Below are positions 37,170 through 46,519 of a stretch of DNA of 64,000 bases, one piece after another. The notes beneath the pieces were generated by a model. It did no database searches and had not been told where the DNA came from. It saw only the letters and a program-made list of their open reading frames with translations. The first letter of the stretch is position 1. Each line of letters begins with the position of its first letter. The position numbers and the translations under genes are program-made. This stretch comes from Escherichia phage EC121: sequence record NC_054909.1; one strand, given 5' to 3'.

Positions 37170-37520
37170 TTAGTATTCTTTTAAAGCATCAACCTGTTCA
37201 CGACGTTTACGCCATAAATCAATTACTTCATACGCAGATTCAGCATTTCGAATTGGACGGCATTTATATAAAGACTTGTGATTTTGATATTGTGTAGATA
37301 ACGGAATTTTATCTAAAAGGTCTTTACGTTCAAAATATTCGTAACCATCTAAACCAAATGAACGATTTTTGAGAAATTGCCAATGACCAAATTCGTTTTC
37401 GACATAAACATAATCTGCATGCTGATAAAGCAAATTAATTACACGTTCAGAAATAACAGTATCATTATGATTAAAATAGAATGTTAAATCATGAACTACT
37501 AAATAAACATTACCTTTCAT
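37170..37520 (-). CDS. hypothetical protein (116 aa) inside tRNA region
   Basis: ATG 18 nt downstream of tRNA-Arg with GAGG RBS. Confidence 0.55.
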   Translation of the reverse strand: MKGNVYLVVHDLTFYFNHNDTVISERVINLLYQHADYVYVENEFGHWQFLKNRSFGLDGYEYFERKDLLDKIPLSTQYQNHKSLYKCRPIRNAESAYEVIDLWRKRREQVDALKEY

Positions 37521-37538
37521 ATTTTCCTCACTTATAAT

Positions 37539-37614
37539 TGGTCGAGGCAGTAGGGATCGAACCTACGACCCAGGACTTAGAAGGTCCTTGCTCTTCCTTC
37601 TGAGCTATGCCCCG
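37539..37614 (-). tRNA. tRNA-Arg (anticodon TCT), CCA encoded
   Basis: manual cloverleaf: acceptor CGGGGCA/TGCCTCG, anticodon loop CTTCTAA, T-arm GTAGG-TTCGATC-CCTAC. Confidence 0.75.
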
Positions 37615-37618
37615 TAAT

Positions 37619-37694
37619 TGGGGTGACCGATGGGAGTCGAACCCATGACTACGAGAATCACAATCTCGAGTTCTACCAACTGAACTACGGCCAC
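37619..37694 (-). tRNA. tRNA-His (anticodon GTG), CCA encoded, no encoded G-1
   Basis: acceptor GTGGCCG/CGGTCAC, discriminator C, anticodon stem CGAGA/TCTCG loop TTGTGAT. Confidence 0.65.
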
Positions 37695-37808
37695 ATTAAT
37701 ACCTACTCCAACAATCATGATGTCTTCACACGAAATTAAGAGAAGAGTGATCAGTTCAACCCCTATAATCGCGTCAAGTAGATATTAATGTGACAGTTGT
37801 CACAAATT

Positions 37809-37883
37809 TGGCGGACGTGATAGGATTCGAACCTATAACCAATCGCTTAACAGGCGATCGCTCTGCCATTGAGCTACACATCC
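37809..37883 (-). tRNA. tRNA-Asn (anticodon GTT), CCA encoded
   Basis: acceptor GGATGTG/CACGTCC, anticodon loop CTGTTAA, T-loop TTCGAAT. Confidence 0.7.
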
Positions 37884-37887
37884 AAAT

Positions 37888-37974
37888 TGGTGGGGAGTGA
37901 TGGAGTCGAACCACCCGAGTCGCAATGACAATGAATTTACAGTCCACACCGCTACCTCTACGGGATAACTCCCC
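37888..37974 (-). tRNA. tRNA-Tyr (anticodon GTA), long variable arm, CCA encoded
   Basis: acceptor GGGGAGT/ACTCCCC, anticodon loop CTGTAAA, 87 nt type II. Confidence 0.6.
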
Positions 37975-37981
37975 CTTAATT

Positions 37982-38056
37982 TGGTGGCCCTGGGTGGAAT
38001 TGAACCACCATCTGGCGATTATGAGTCGCTTGCTTGAACCTTCCAGCTACAGGGCC
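37982..38056 (-). tRNA. tRNA with CAT anticodon (Ile-lysidine type or Met), CCA encoded
   Basis: acceptor GGCCCTG/CAGGGCC, anticodon arm CGACTCATAATCGC as in Ile2-type tRNAs. Confidence 0.7.
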
Positions 38057-38057
38057 T

Positions 38058-38133
38058 TGGTGCTGATTGACGGAATCGAACCGCCGACATCCTCATTACA
38101 AGTGAGGTGCTCTACCTACTGAGCTAAATCAGC
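38058..38133 (-). tRNA. tRNA-Thr (anticodon TGT), CCA encoded
   Basis: acceptor GCTGATT/AATCAGC, anticodon stem CCTCA/TGAGG loop CTTGTAA. Confidence 0.75.
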
Positions 38134-38138
38134 AAAAC

Positions 38139-38228
38139 TGGCGGAGGCGATAGGATTTGAACCTATGAGTCGCCGGAGCGACTGCCGGTTTTCAAGACCG
38201 GTGCATTAAACCACTCTGCCACGCCTCC
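38139..38228 (-). tRNA. tRNA-Ser (anticodon TGA), long variable arm, CCA encoded
   Basis: acceptor GGAGGCG/CGCCTCC, anticodon stem CCGGT/ACCGG loop CTTGAAA, 90 nt. Confidence 0.75.
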
Positions 38229-38230
38229 AG

Positions 38231-38304
38231 TCTCCATACAAGGATTTGAACCTACGACATTCTGCTCCCAAAGCAGACGCTCTACCAAACTGAGCTACAC
38301 GGAG
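38231..38304 (-). tRNA. tRNA-Pro (anticodon TGG), no encoded CCA, 2 nt from tRNA-Ser
   Basis: anticodon stem TCTGC/GCAGA loop TTTGGGA; acceptor CTCCGTG/TATGGAG with wobble pairs. Confidence 0.65.
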
Positions 38305-38314
38305 TAAATTAAAT

Positions 38315-38388
<74 letters not shown>

Positions 38389-38393
38389 AAATT

Positions 38394-38480
38394 TGGTGCG
38401 AGAAGTGGGACTCGAACCCACAAGGAAATAATTCCGCAGCATTTTAAGTGCTGTGCCTTTACCAATTTGACCATTCTCGC
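38394..38480 (-). tRNA. tRNA-Leu (anticodon TAA), long variable arm, CCA encoded
   Basis: acceptor GCGAGAA/TTCTCGC, anticodon stem CAGCA/TGCTG loop CTTAAAA. Confidence 0.75.
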
Positions 38481-38481
38481 G

Positions 38482-38554
38482 CTGGGAATAAAGGACTCGA
38501 ACCTTTGCATCTAGCAGTCAAAGTGCTATGCCTTACCAACTTGGCTAATTCCCA
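38482..38554 (-). tRNA. tRNA-Gln (anticodon TTG), no encoded CCA, 1 nt from tRNA-Leu
   Basis: acceptor TGGGAAT/ATTCCCA, anticodon stem TAGCA/TGCTA loop CTTTGAC. Confidence 0.7.
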
Positions 38555-38651
38555 ATTATTAACAAAGGCTCTCTAACAAGAACCCTTGATGATAGAGGGT
38601 ATTAATCAGTGCGGTATGAGTTAATAATAACAAATAATTCTTAAAGCATAT

Positions 38652-38939
38652 TTACCATTTATGATAATACATATTTACGATGCATTCAAGGCCCAAAGGA
38701 TTCTTGAAAATATCATATTCAAGAGGACCTTTTTCTGTTTCAATAAAGAAATCAAAATTTACTGTATTAAATTTACGGTCTTCCTTCACTAATTTAACTT
38801 GAGAAGATGAACGGTCAACATAAACCTTTTCAACTTCAAAACATGTTAAAACGCCATAATCATCAATCAAGGCTTTAGCTGCTTCTTGATCATATTTATA
38901 TCCATTTTCAATGGATGATACTTTCGCATAAAGAATCAT
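38652..38939 (-). CDS. hypothetical protein (95 aa)
   Basis: ORF in variable ipI-locus. Confidence 0.5.
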   Translation of the reverse strand: MILYAKVSSIENGYKYDQEAAKALIDDYGVLTCFEVEKVYVDRSSSQVKLVKEDRKFNTVNFDFFIETEKGPLEYDIFKNPLGLECIVNMYYHKW

Positions 38940-38941
38940 TA

Positions 38942-39346
38942 TTAACCTTTATCAACAATAGTATGTGTATGGGCATTTACGATTTGCCACCAGTCAAAAC
39001 TATCGCCAAATCGTTTTGATTTATTGTCTTCAATAATTTGGCGTAATTCATCTTCTGTTTCAGCATACGCAATCAAATCATCATATCCACCGCAAGGATA
39101 GTAATTATCGCCTGCGAACAAAAGAAAATTTACTTTAGATGGGTCTACATAATAATGCTCTTTAGGATATTTAGTTCCTTTCCAATCAGTTACTTCAACA
39201 TAACAATAAGAAAATCCATTTTTACTTTCAACCCAACTCCACGCTTCAAAAGGAGTATTAAAAACTCTATCAGGTATTAAATTACCTTCAAAATGAGAAG
39301 GATTTGCATAATCCCCAGCATAAACATAATATTCGTTAATATTCAT
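38942..39346 (-). CDS. hypothetical aromatic-rich protein (134 aa)
   Basis: ORF in variable ipI-locus. Confidence 0.55.
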   Translation of the reverse strand: MNINEYYVYAGDYANPSHFEGNLIPDRVFNTPFEAWSWVESKNGFSYCYVEVTDWKGTKYPKEHYYVDPSKVNFLLFAGDNYYPCGGYDDLIAYAETEDELRQIIEDNKSKRFGDSFDWWQIVNAHTHTIVDKG

Positions 39347-39532
39347 TTATTCACCTTTAGAAATTTTATCCATAACAATAGCGATTAAACCAATTAAAAA
39401 TGCTACTACAAGTGAAAAAACATTTTCTGCTGTAGTCAATAATCCGCATATAAATCCAACAAACATTGAAAAACTAAATGCAGAAGCAGAAATTGCAATA
39501 GCAACATTTCGAATTAATTCACAGCGTTTCAT
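39347..39532 (-). CDS. hypothetical small membrane protein (61 aa)
   Basis: two hydrophobic helices; downstream of promoter 39561..39589. Confidence 0.5.
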   Translation of the reverse strand: MKRCELIRNVAIAISASAFSFSMFVGFICGLLTTAENVFSLVVAFLIGLIAIVMDKISKGE

Positions 39533-39560
39533 TTTATTCTCCTCAGTAGTTGATAGGGTA

Positions 39561-39589
39561 ATAGTATCACAACTAAAACCCTATGTAAA
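39561..39589 (-). promoter_or_regulatory. sigma70-type early promoter
   Basis: GTTTACA -35, 17-nt spacer, TACTAT -10, CTATCAACT box. Confidence 0.45.
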
Positions 39590-39608
39590 CAACTTTGTGA
39601 AAAATTTA

Positions 39609-39893
39609 TTACAAAAGATTTTTAGCAATAATTTTAAGCTGAGCTACTGAAATATGCTTGGCTTTAAACAAAGCAGTTTCTTCAGCAGGGGAGATAATGA
39701 TTGTGGCACCATCTTTCTTAGCGGACCATCCATCACCCAGGTAAACAGTACCTTTAACTTCTTCACCATCAACCAGGCTAATCATCGGTTTACCTTCACG
39801 TCCTTTGTTTGCTTTAATAACTTCAGAAGTAAGGGTCGCTTCAGTCAAAGTAGAAGCGTTAGTGGTTGAAGTGAATTCTTGATAAGTTTTCAT
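39609..39893 (-). CDS. ipI: internal protein I (capsid-packaged, injected)
   Basis: 94 aa; capsid targeting sequence MKTYQEF; position between tRNAs and 57B as in T4. Confidence 0.75.
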   Translation of the reverse strand: MKTYQEFTSTTNASTLTEATLTSEVIKANKGREGKPMISLVDGEEVKGTVYLGDGWSAKKDGATIIISPAEETALFKAKHISVAQLKIIAKNLL

Positions 39894-39923
39894 TTTATTT
39901 TCCTAATTAATTTTGACGAGGTA

Positions 39924-39952
39924 ATAGTATCACTACCTCATCAGCATGTAAA
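39924..39952 (-). promoter_or_regulatory. sigma70-type early promoter upstream of ipI
   Basis: GTTTACA -35, 17-nt spacer, TACTAT -10. Confidence 0.45.
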
Positions 39953-39965
39953 CAACTTTGTGAAA

Positions 39966-40662
<697 letters not shown>

Positions 40663-40663
<1 letters not shown>

Positions 40664-41376
40664 TATAGTACCTTTAGTGTATTTTTAATTTTAGAAAAAA
40701 GTTCTTCAAGAGAACCATCGTTTGTAATTACTAAATCGCCATCACGAATTGGCAATCCAGCTTCTGTAATATGTGTATCATTGGATTTTTGACCAGGACG
40801 AACTACATGAATTACTGTAGCACCCATCGCCCTAGCCGCATCCATTTCATGATCTTGACGGGTATCAGGAACGATATAATAATCATAACCTGAGTTAAAT
40901 TTATCAAGATAATCTAAAGCAAATAATTTTACCCAGTACATGCGGTCGAAGTTATTAACAATCAAATCCGTACCTAGGGCTTGCATCAGACGACGGACTG
41001 ACCATTGATCTTCAATATTATTTATAACGTCAGCAATCTTGTTAAATGCTACGAAATTAACTGCGTCATCAAAAACAAACACACCTTTAATTGGGCTTTT
41101 ACTATTAAGATAGCAAAATGCTTGTTCCATAATCGTAATTACTTCTAATTTAGTCAGATTTAAATTAGTCTCACGATCATAGTCAATTCCTTCAAACTCT
41201 TTACGAGTTAAGCAAGGATAGTCAGTGTTTGCTGCAAATACACCCCATGCATAAGCCAATGCATCCTTAATAGGACCAGCAAGTTGATATTTAACTGCAG
41301 AATAATTATTCATAATAAAATCTGCAGTAGTATCTTTTCCACTACGCTTTACACCACTTAAAAAGATTAGTTTCAT
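40663..41376 (-). CDS. 1: deoxynucleoside monophosphate kinase gp1
   Basis: P-loop GVKRSGKDT; 237 aa; T4 gene order 57A-1-3-2-4. Confidence 0.9.
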
Positions 41377-41425
41377 ATGTTTCTCCTCAAATTTAGTTAA
41401 GATTATAACACATGAAACTGAAGCA

Positions 41426-41956
41426 TTAAACTTCTGCTATAATTTTGCCATCTTTTTCTACTTGAAAATACGTATAAGGAATCGTTGCTGTGCATACTAA
41501 GGCTGGGTCTGAATCTTCCGTGTAGCTAAATTCTACTTCAGACAGGTCAGAAACCCAAGGCTTATAAAAATTTATTGACATCACGATTTCAGTTTTACTA
41601 TTATCTAAAATGTAAAGCGTAATGTATTCAGGACCTGTTTTTTGGGCAGTATTTTCGCCTGTAAGATAGTTACTAGTTCCTAGCATCCATTCATACATTC
41701 CTATCCACGACTTAAGCTCTTCATCAACTATAAATCTCACGATGAGTGGGTCGTACTCAAATGTAACACCTGGACGTTGCGCTCGGCCTAGTCCAAATGG
41801 CCCAGTCACGGTATCAGTAACAGGTATTCTAATTCCTGGAATAGGAACTGACTGAGCATTTAAAGTAAAAGCAGATGTAGTATTACTATGTGGTATTGAT
41901 ACTACAAAGTTAGTTGTATTTGCTTGGTTAAAAATTTGTTGCAGAGCTTGCGACAT
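41426..41956 (-). CDS. 3: tail sheath stabiliser / tail completion protein gp3
   Basis: 176 aa from ATG at 41956; gene order. Confidence 0.8.
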   Translation of the reverse strand: MSQALQQIFNQANTTNFVVSIPHSNTTSAFTLNAQSVPIPGIRIPVTDTVTGPFGLGRAQRPGVTFEYDPLIVRFIVDEELKSWIGMYEWMLGTSNYLTGENTAQKTGPEYITLYILDNSKTEIVMSINFYKPWVSDLSEVEFSYTEDSDPALVCTATIPYTYFQVEKDGKIIAEV

Positions 41957-42062
41957 ATATTCCTCATAATGCTTTATAGCTGTTGGTGGTATAATGGGTC
42001 TAAGTCCCTTCCATTCAATTCCATTTAGAACAAACAACAGAAAAGAATGGAAGATAATAGAA

Positions 42063-42887
42063 TTAGATATTTGACCAGACTTTGTTTGCAGAGAAACGTT
42101 TTCCTTTTGAAACGAACTGCTGAAGTGGCATTAACACAACGTTCGCCCAGTCTTTCGGGGCGATTTCAACTAGGCTACCCATAATATTACCAGGTATATA
42201 TGCCTTAATCATTTGGTCTGCACCCCTAAATCCTTTCACTTGACTCCAATCAATTTTTAATTTCGTTTTATTAGTAATAGTAGGTGTATTTGCATATTGC
42301 TTTAAAAGCTCTTCTAGAAATTGCTGACGAGCTTTAGGTGGAATATAGTGCAAGTTTAATCCGTACATTAAATTATGCTTACCTAAACCAAGGTAAATTA
42401 TCAAAGGAAATTTATCCCAATAAGGAAGAGTTTCTTTGTGTTTAGCATCGTAAGCAAAAGCATATATTCGTCCCGGCTGAGGGCGAACAACTTTATGTCC
42501 TTTTACTTGCTTAATAGTTTCAGCAAACCATTTTCTGGTTTTATTATTAATTGCTGCACCTTCATTACGAATTTTATCGCGCAATGTTTGTCTGAATGAA
42601 TTTATCATAAGCAGTTGTCTTTCTTGCTTATTGAGCTTATTCATTGGTTTTGATTCAAGCTTTTGAATCTTTTCAGCTGTTTTAATTCCTGAAGCATATT
42701 TTGACATTGCCGAAGTAAACGTAGAGTATTTGATTCCTCTTTCTTCAGCAAATTGTTTTCCTGTCATTCCTTTTGCTTTGGCCTTTTTATATTCAAGACC
42801 TATTTGAATCCATTTCTTTTCGTTTAATGATTGCTTAACCTTTGGAACTTGGGGAGTGCTTTCATTAATTATTTGAAAAATAGCCAT
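42063..42887 (-). CDS. 2: DNA end-protector protein gp2
   Basis: 274 aa; gene order and length. Confidence 0.85.
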
Positions 42888-43339
42888 TATGCCCCCTTAA
42901 AGCCAAGAGCTCGTAATCCATCTTCTGTTAGAATTCTAAATTTTATTCCACGCTTTTCAGCTAAAGATTGTGCTGCTTTCCATTTGTCAGTGTTCACAGA
43001 CCAGGTATAAATTTCATTCATAAATCTTTTCTTCGCTGCGGTTGTTAGATGTGCTGGTTTAACTGGTGGTTGTGTTTCTTTTTTAGGTTTTATTTCAATA
43101 AAAAATTCTTGTCCAGAAGAATCTTTCATCCAAATATCCATGAAGTATCTACGTTTTTTCCCTTCTGCATTACAAAAATAAGGAATTACTGCTGTTTCAC
43201 TACCCCATGCAATAATTTCTGGATTTTTATCTAACCATTCAAAAAAGAATTTTTCCCAATTTGATCTATACGTAATTTTTTTAGGGTCACCTCTATATTT
43301 TGATATATTTTTAGGAACCCATTTTCCAGAATATGCCAT
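42887..43339 (-). CDS. 4: head completion protein gp4
   Basis: 150 aa; gene order and length; late promoter upstream. Confidence 0.85.
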
Positions 43340-43350
43340 TGGATTCTCCT

Positions 43351-43358
43351 TATAAATA
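43351..43358 (+). promoter_or_regulatory. late promoter box TATAAATA for gene 53
   Basis: exact TATAAATA 29 nt upstream of gp53 ATG. Confidence 0.55.
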
Positions 43359-43365
43359 GATAATA

Positions 43366-43373
43366 TATTTATA
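43366..43373 (-). promoter_or_regulatory. late promoter box TATAAATA for gene 4
   Basis: exact TATAAATA on minus strand 27 nt upstream of gp4 ATG. Confidence 0.55.
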
Positions 43374-43386
43374 AACAGGAGGGCCC

Positions 43387-43977
43387 ATGCTCTTTACATT
43401 TTTTGATCCGATTGAATATGCGGCCAAAACGGTGAATAAAAACGCGCCGACTATTCCTATGACAGATATTTTTAGAAACTATAAAGACTATTTTAAACGC
43501 GCTCTTGCGGGATACCGCTTACGTACTTATTATATTAAAGGTTCACCACGCCCGGAAGAATTAGCAAATACTATATATGGAAATCCGCAGTTGTATTGGG
43601 TTTTATTGATGTGTAATGATAATTATGACCCGTACTATGGATGGATTACTTCGCAAGAAGCTGCTTATCAAGCATCTATACAAAAATACAAAAACGTAGG
43701 TGGAGACCAAATAGTATATCATGTGAATGAGAACGGTGAAAAATTTTATAATTTAATATCATACGATGATAATCCATATGTTTGGTATGACAAAGGCGAT
43801 AAAGCTAGAAAATATCCTCAATATGAAGGAGCGCTTGCTGCGGTCGATACGTATGAAGCTGCTGTTCTTGAAAATGAAAAACTTCGTCAAATAAAAATAA
43901 TAGCAAAATCAGACATCAATTCATTTATGAACGACCTTATACGTATAATGGAGAAATCTTATGGAAATGATAAGTAA
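43387..43977 (+). CDS. 53: baseplate wedge protein gp53
   Basis: 196 aa; GGAGGG RBS; gene order. Confidence 0.85.
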   Translation: MLFTFFDPIEYAAKTVNKNAPTIPMTDIFRNYKDYFKRALAGYRLRTYYIKGSPRPEELANTIYGNPQLYWVLLMCNDNYDPYYGWITSQEAAYQASIQKYKNVGGDQIVYHVNENGEKFYNLISYDDNPYVWYDKGDKARKYPQYEGALAAVDTYEAAVLENEKLRQIKIIAKSDINSFMNDLIRIMEKSYGNDK

Positions 43978-45688
43978 TAACCTTAATTGGTTTGTTGGTG
44001 TTGTTGAAGATAGAATGGACCCATTAAAATTAGGTCGTGTTCGTGTTCGTGTGGTTGGTCTGCATCCACCCCAAAGAGCGCAAGGCGATGTAATGGGTAT
44101 TCCAACCGATAAATTACCATGGATGTCAGTTATTCAACCTATAACTTCTGCAGCAATGTCTGGAATTGGAGGTTCTGTTACAGGACCAGTAGAAGGAACT
44201 AGAGTTTATGGTCATTTTTTAGACAAATGGAAAACTAACGGAATTGTCCTTGGCACGTATGGTGGGATAGTTCGCGAAAAACCTAATAGACTTGAAGGAT
44301 TTTCTGACCCAACTGGGCAGTATCCTAGACGTTTAGGAAATGATACTAACGTATTAAACCAAGGCGGAGAAGTAGGATATGATTCGTCTTCTAATATTAT
44401 CCAAGATAGCAATCTAGACACTGCGATAAATCCTGATGATAGACCGCTATCAGAGATTCCAACCGATGATAATCCAAATATGTCAATGGCTGAAATGCTT
44501 CGCCGTGATGAAGGATTAAGACTAAAAGTTTATTGGGATACCGAAGGATATCCGACAATTGGTATTGGTCATCTTATCATGAAGCAGCCAGTTCGTGATA
44601 TGACCCAAATTAATAAAGTTTTATCAAAACAAGTTGGTCGTGAAATTACAGGAAATCCAGGTTCTATTACAATGGAAGAGGCGACGACTTTATTTGAGCG
44701 TGATTTGGCTGATATGCAACGTGACATTAAATCACATTCTAAAGTTGGCCCAGTTTGGCAAGCAGTTAATCGTTCTCGTCAAATGGCGTTAGAAAATATG
44801 GCATTCCAAATGGGCGTTGGTGGCGTAGCTAAATTTAACACAATGTTAACTGCTATGTTAGCAGGAGATTGGGAAAAAGCATATAAAGCCGGTCGTGATT
44901 CATTGTGGTATCAACAAACAAAAGGCCGTGCATCCCGTGTTACCATGATTATTCTTACGGGGAATTTGGAATCATATGGTGTTGAAGTGAAAACACCGGC
45001 TAGGTCTTTGTCAGCAATGGCTGCTACTGTGGCGAAGTCTTCTGACCCAGCTGATCCTCCTATTCCGAATGATTCGAGAATTTTATTTAAAGAACCTGTT
45101 TCTTCATATAAAGGCGAATATCCATATGTTCACACAATGGAAACTGAAAGCGGTCATATTCAGGAATTTGATGATACCCCAGGGCAAGAACGATACAGAT
45201 TAGTTCATCCGACTGGAACATATGAGGAAGTGTCACCATCAGGAAGAAGAACAAGAAAAACTGTTGATAATTTGTATGATATAACAAATGCTGATGGTAA
45301 TTTTTTGGTTGCTGGAGATAAAAAGACCAATGTTGGCGGATCTGAAATTTATTACAACATGGATAATCGTCTCCACCAAATAGATGGAAGCAATACGATA
45401 TTTGTTCGAGGCGATGAAACTAAGACGGTTGAAGGTAATGGAACTATCCTAGTCAAAGGTAATGTTACTATTGTAGTTGAAGGTAATGCTGACATTACAG
45501 TTAAAGGAGATGCTACCACTTTAGTTGAAGGAAATCAAACTAATACAGTAAATGGAAATCTTTCTTGGAAAGTTGCTGGGACAGTTGATTGGGACGTTGG
45601 CGGTGATTGGACAGAAAAAATGGCATCTATGAGTTCTATTTCATCTGGTCAATACACAATTGATGGATCGAGGATTGACATTGGCTAA
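43961..45688 (+). CDS. 5: baseplate hub / tail lysozyme gp5
   Basis: 575 aa; central lysozyme domain (MLRRDEGLRLKVYWDTEGYPTIGIGH) and C-terminal VxGxxxV beta-helix repeats. Confidence 0.95.
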   Translation: MEMISNNLNWFVGVVEDRMDPLKLGRVRVRVVGLHPPQRAQGDVMGIPTDKLPWMSVIQPITSAAMSGIGGSVTGPVEGTRVYGHFLDKWKTNGIVLGTYGGIVREKPNRLEGFSDPTGQYPRRLGNDTNVLNQGGEVGYDSSSNIIQDSNLDTAINPDDRPLSEIPTDDNPNMSMAEMLRRDEGLRLKVYWDTEGYPTIGIGHLIMKQPVRDMTQINKVLSKQVGREITGNPGSITMEEATTLFERDLADMQRDIKSHSKVGPVWQAVNRSRQMALENMAFQMGVGGVAKFNTMLTAMLAGDWEKAYKAGRDSLWYQQTKGRASRVTMIILTGNLESYGVEVKTPARSLSAMAATVAKSSDPADPPIPNDSRILFKEPVSSYKGEYPYVHTMETESGHIQEFDDTPGQERYRLVHPTGTYEEVSPSGRRTRKTVDNLYDITNADGNFLVAGDKKTNVGGSEIYYNMDNRLHQIDGSNTIFVRGDETKTVEGNGTILVKGNVTIVVEGNADITVKGDATTLVEGNQTNTVNGNLSWKVAGTVDWDVGGDWTEKMASMSSISSGQYTIDGSRIDIG

Positions 45689-45698
45689 TATACTTCCA

Positions 45699-46217
45699 AT
45701 GAGCGCTGATTTAGGAGAATCCATGGAAGGTTCTTCTATCGACGTCACCTTTACCGCTCAATTAGAAACAGGTGAAACGTTAGTATCTATAAATATAACT
45801 AGTTACGAAGAAACTCCTGGGGTTTTAGTAGAAGAAAGTCGCTTATACGGAACATATGAATCTGTGTTTGGATTTGGAAATGACGCGTTGAAATATCGTT
45901 TAGGTGATGAATTTAAAACTGCTGCTTCATGGGAAGAACTTCCTACTGATTCTGACACTCAGTTGTATTTGTGGAAAGCTCCTCAGAATCTCCAGAAGAC
46001 ATTCACTTACGAAGTAACATTAATATATGACTACCAAGAACAAAGTGAATCTGGAGGTTCTGGCAGTAATTCTAGGTCATCTTCTGATACTACTGAACCG
46101 ACAGATCCTCCTGCTCCAGTAAGAAAAACTCTCGTTAAAAATTATACTAAAACTATAGTTGGAAATTGGAGTCGTTGGGCTAATAAATTAAGAAGCTATG
46201 TGTATGAGAGGTCATAG
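45699..46217 (+). CDS. 5.1: baseplate-associated protein gp5.1 (start uncertain)
   Basis: ORF between genes 5 and 5.4. Confidence 0.5.
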
Positions 46218-46511
46218 ATGTCAGGATTAAGTTATGATAAATGTGTTACTGCTGGTCATGAAGCATGGCCTCCAACAGTTGTGAATGCTACACAAAGTAA
46301 AGTATTCACTGGAGGAATTGCTGTTCTCGTAGCAGGTGATCCAATTACAGAACATACAGAAATTAAAAAGCCATATGAAACACATGGCGGAGTGACACAA
46401 CCTAGAACTTCTAAGGTATATGTCACAGGAAAGAAAGCTGTCCAAATGGCTGATCCAATATCATGCGGTGATACTGTGGCTCAGGCATCATCTAAAGTAT
46501 TCATTAAATAG
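46218..46511 (+). CDS. 5.4: PAAR-repeat spike tip protein gp5.4
   Basis: 97 aa; PAAR-like motifs. Confidence 0.8.
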
Positions 46512-46519
46512 GATTTAAA

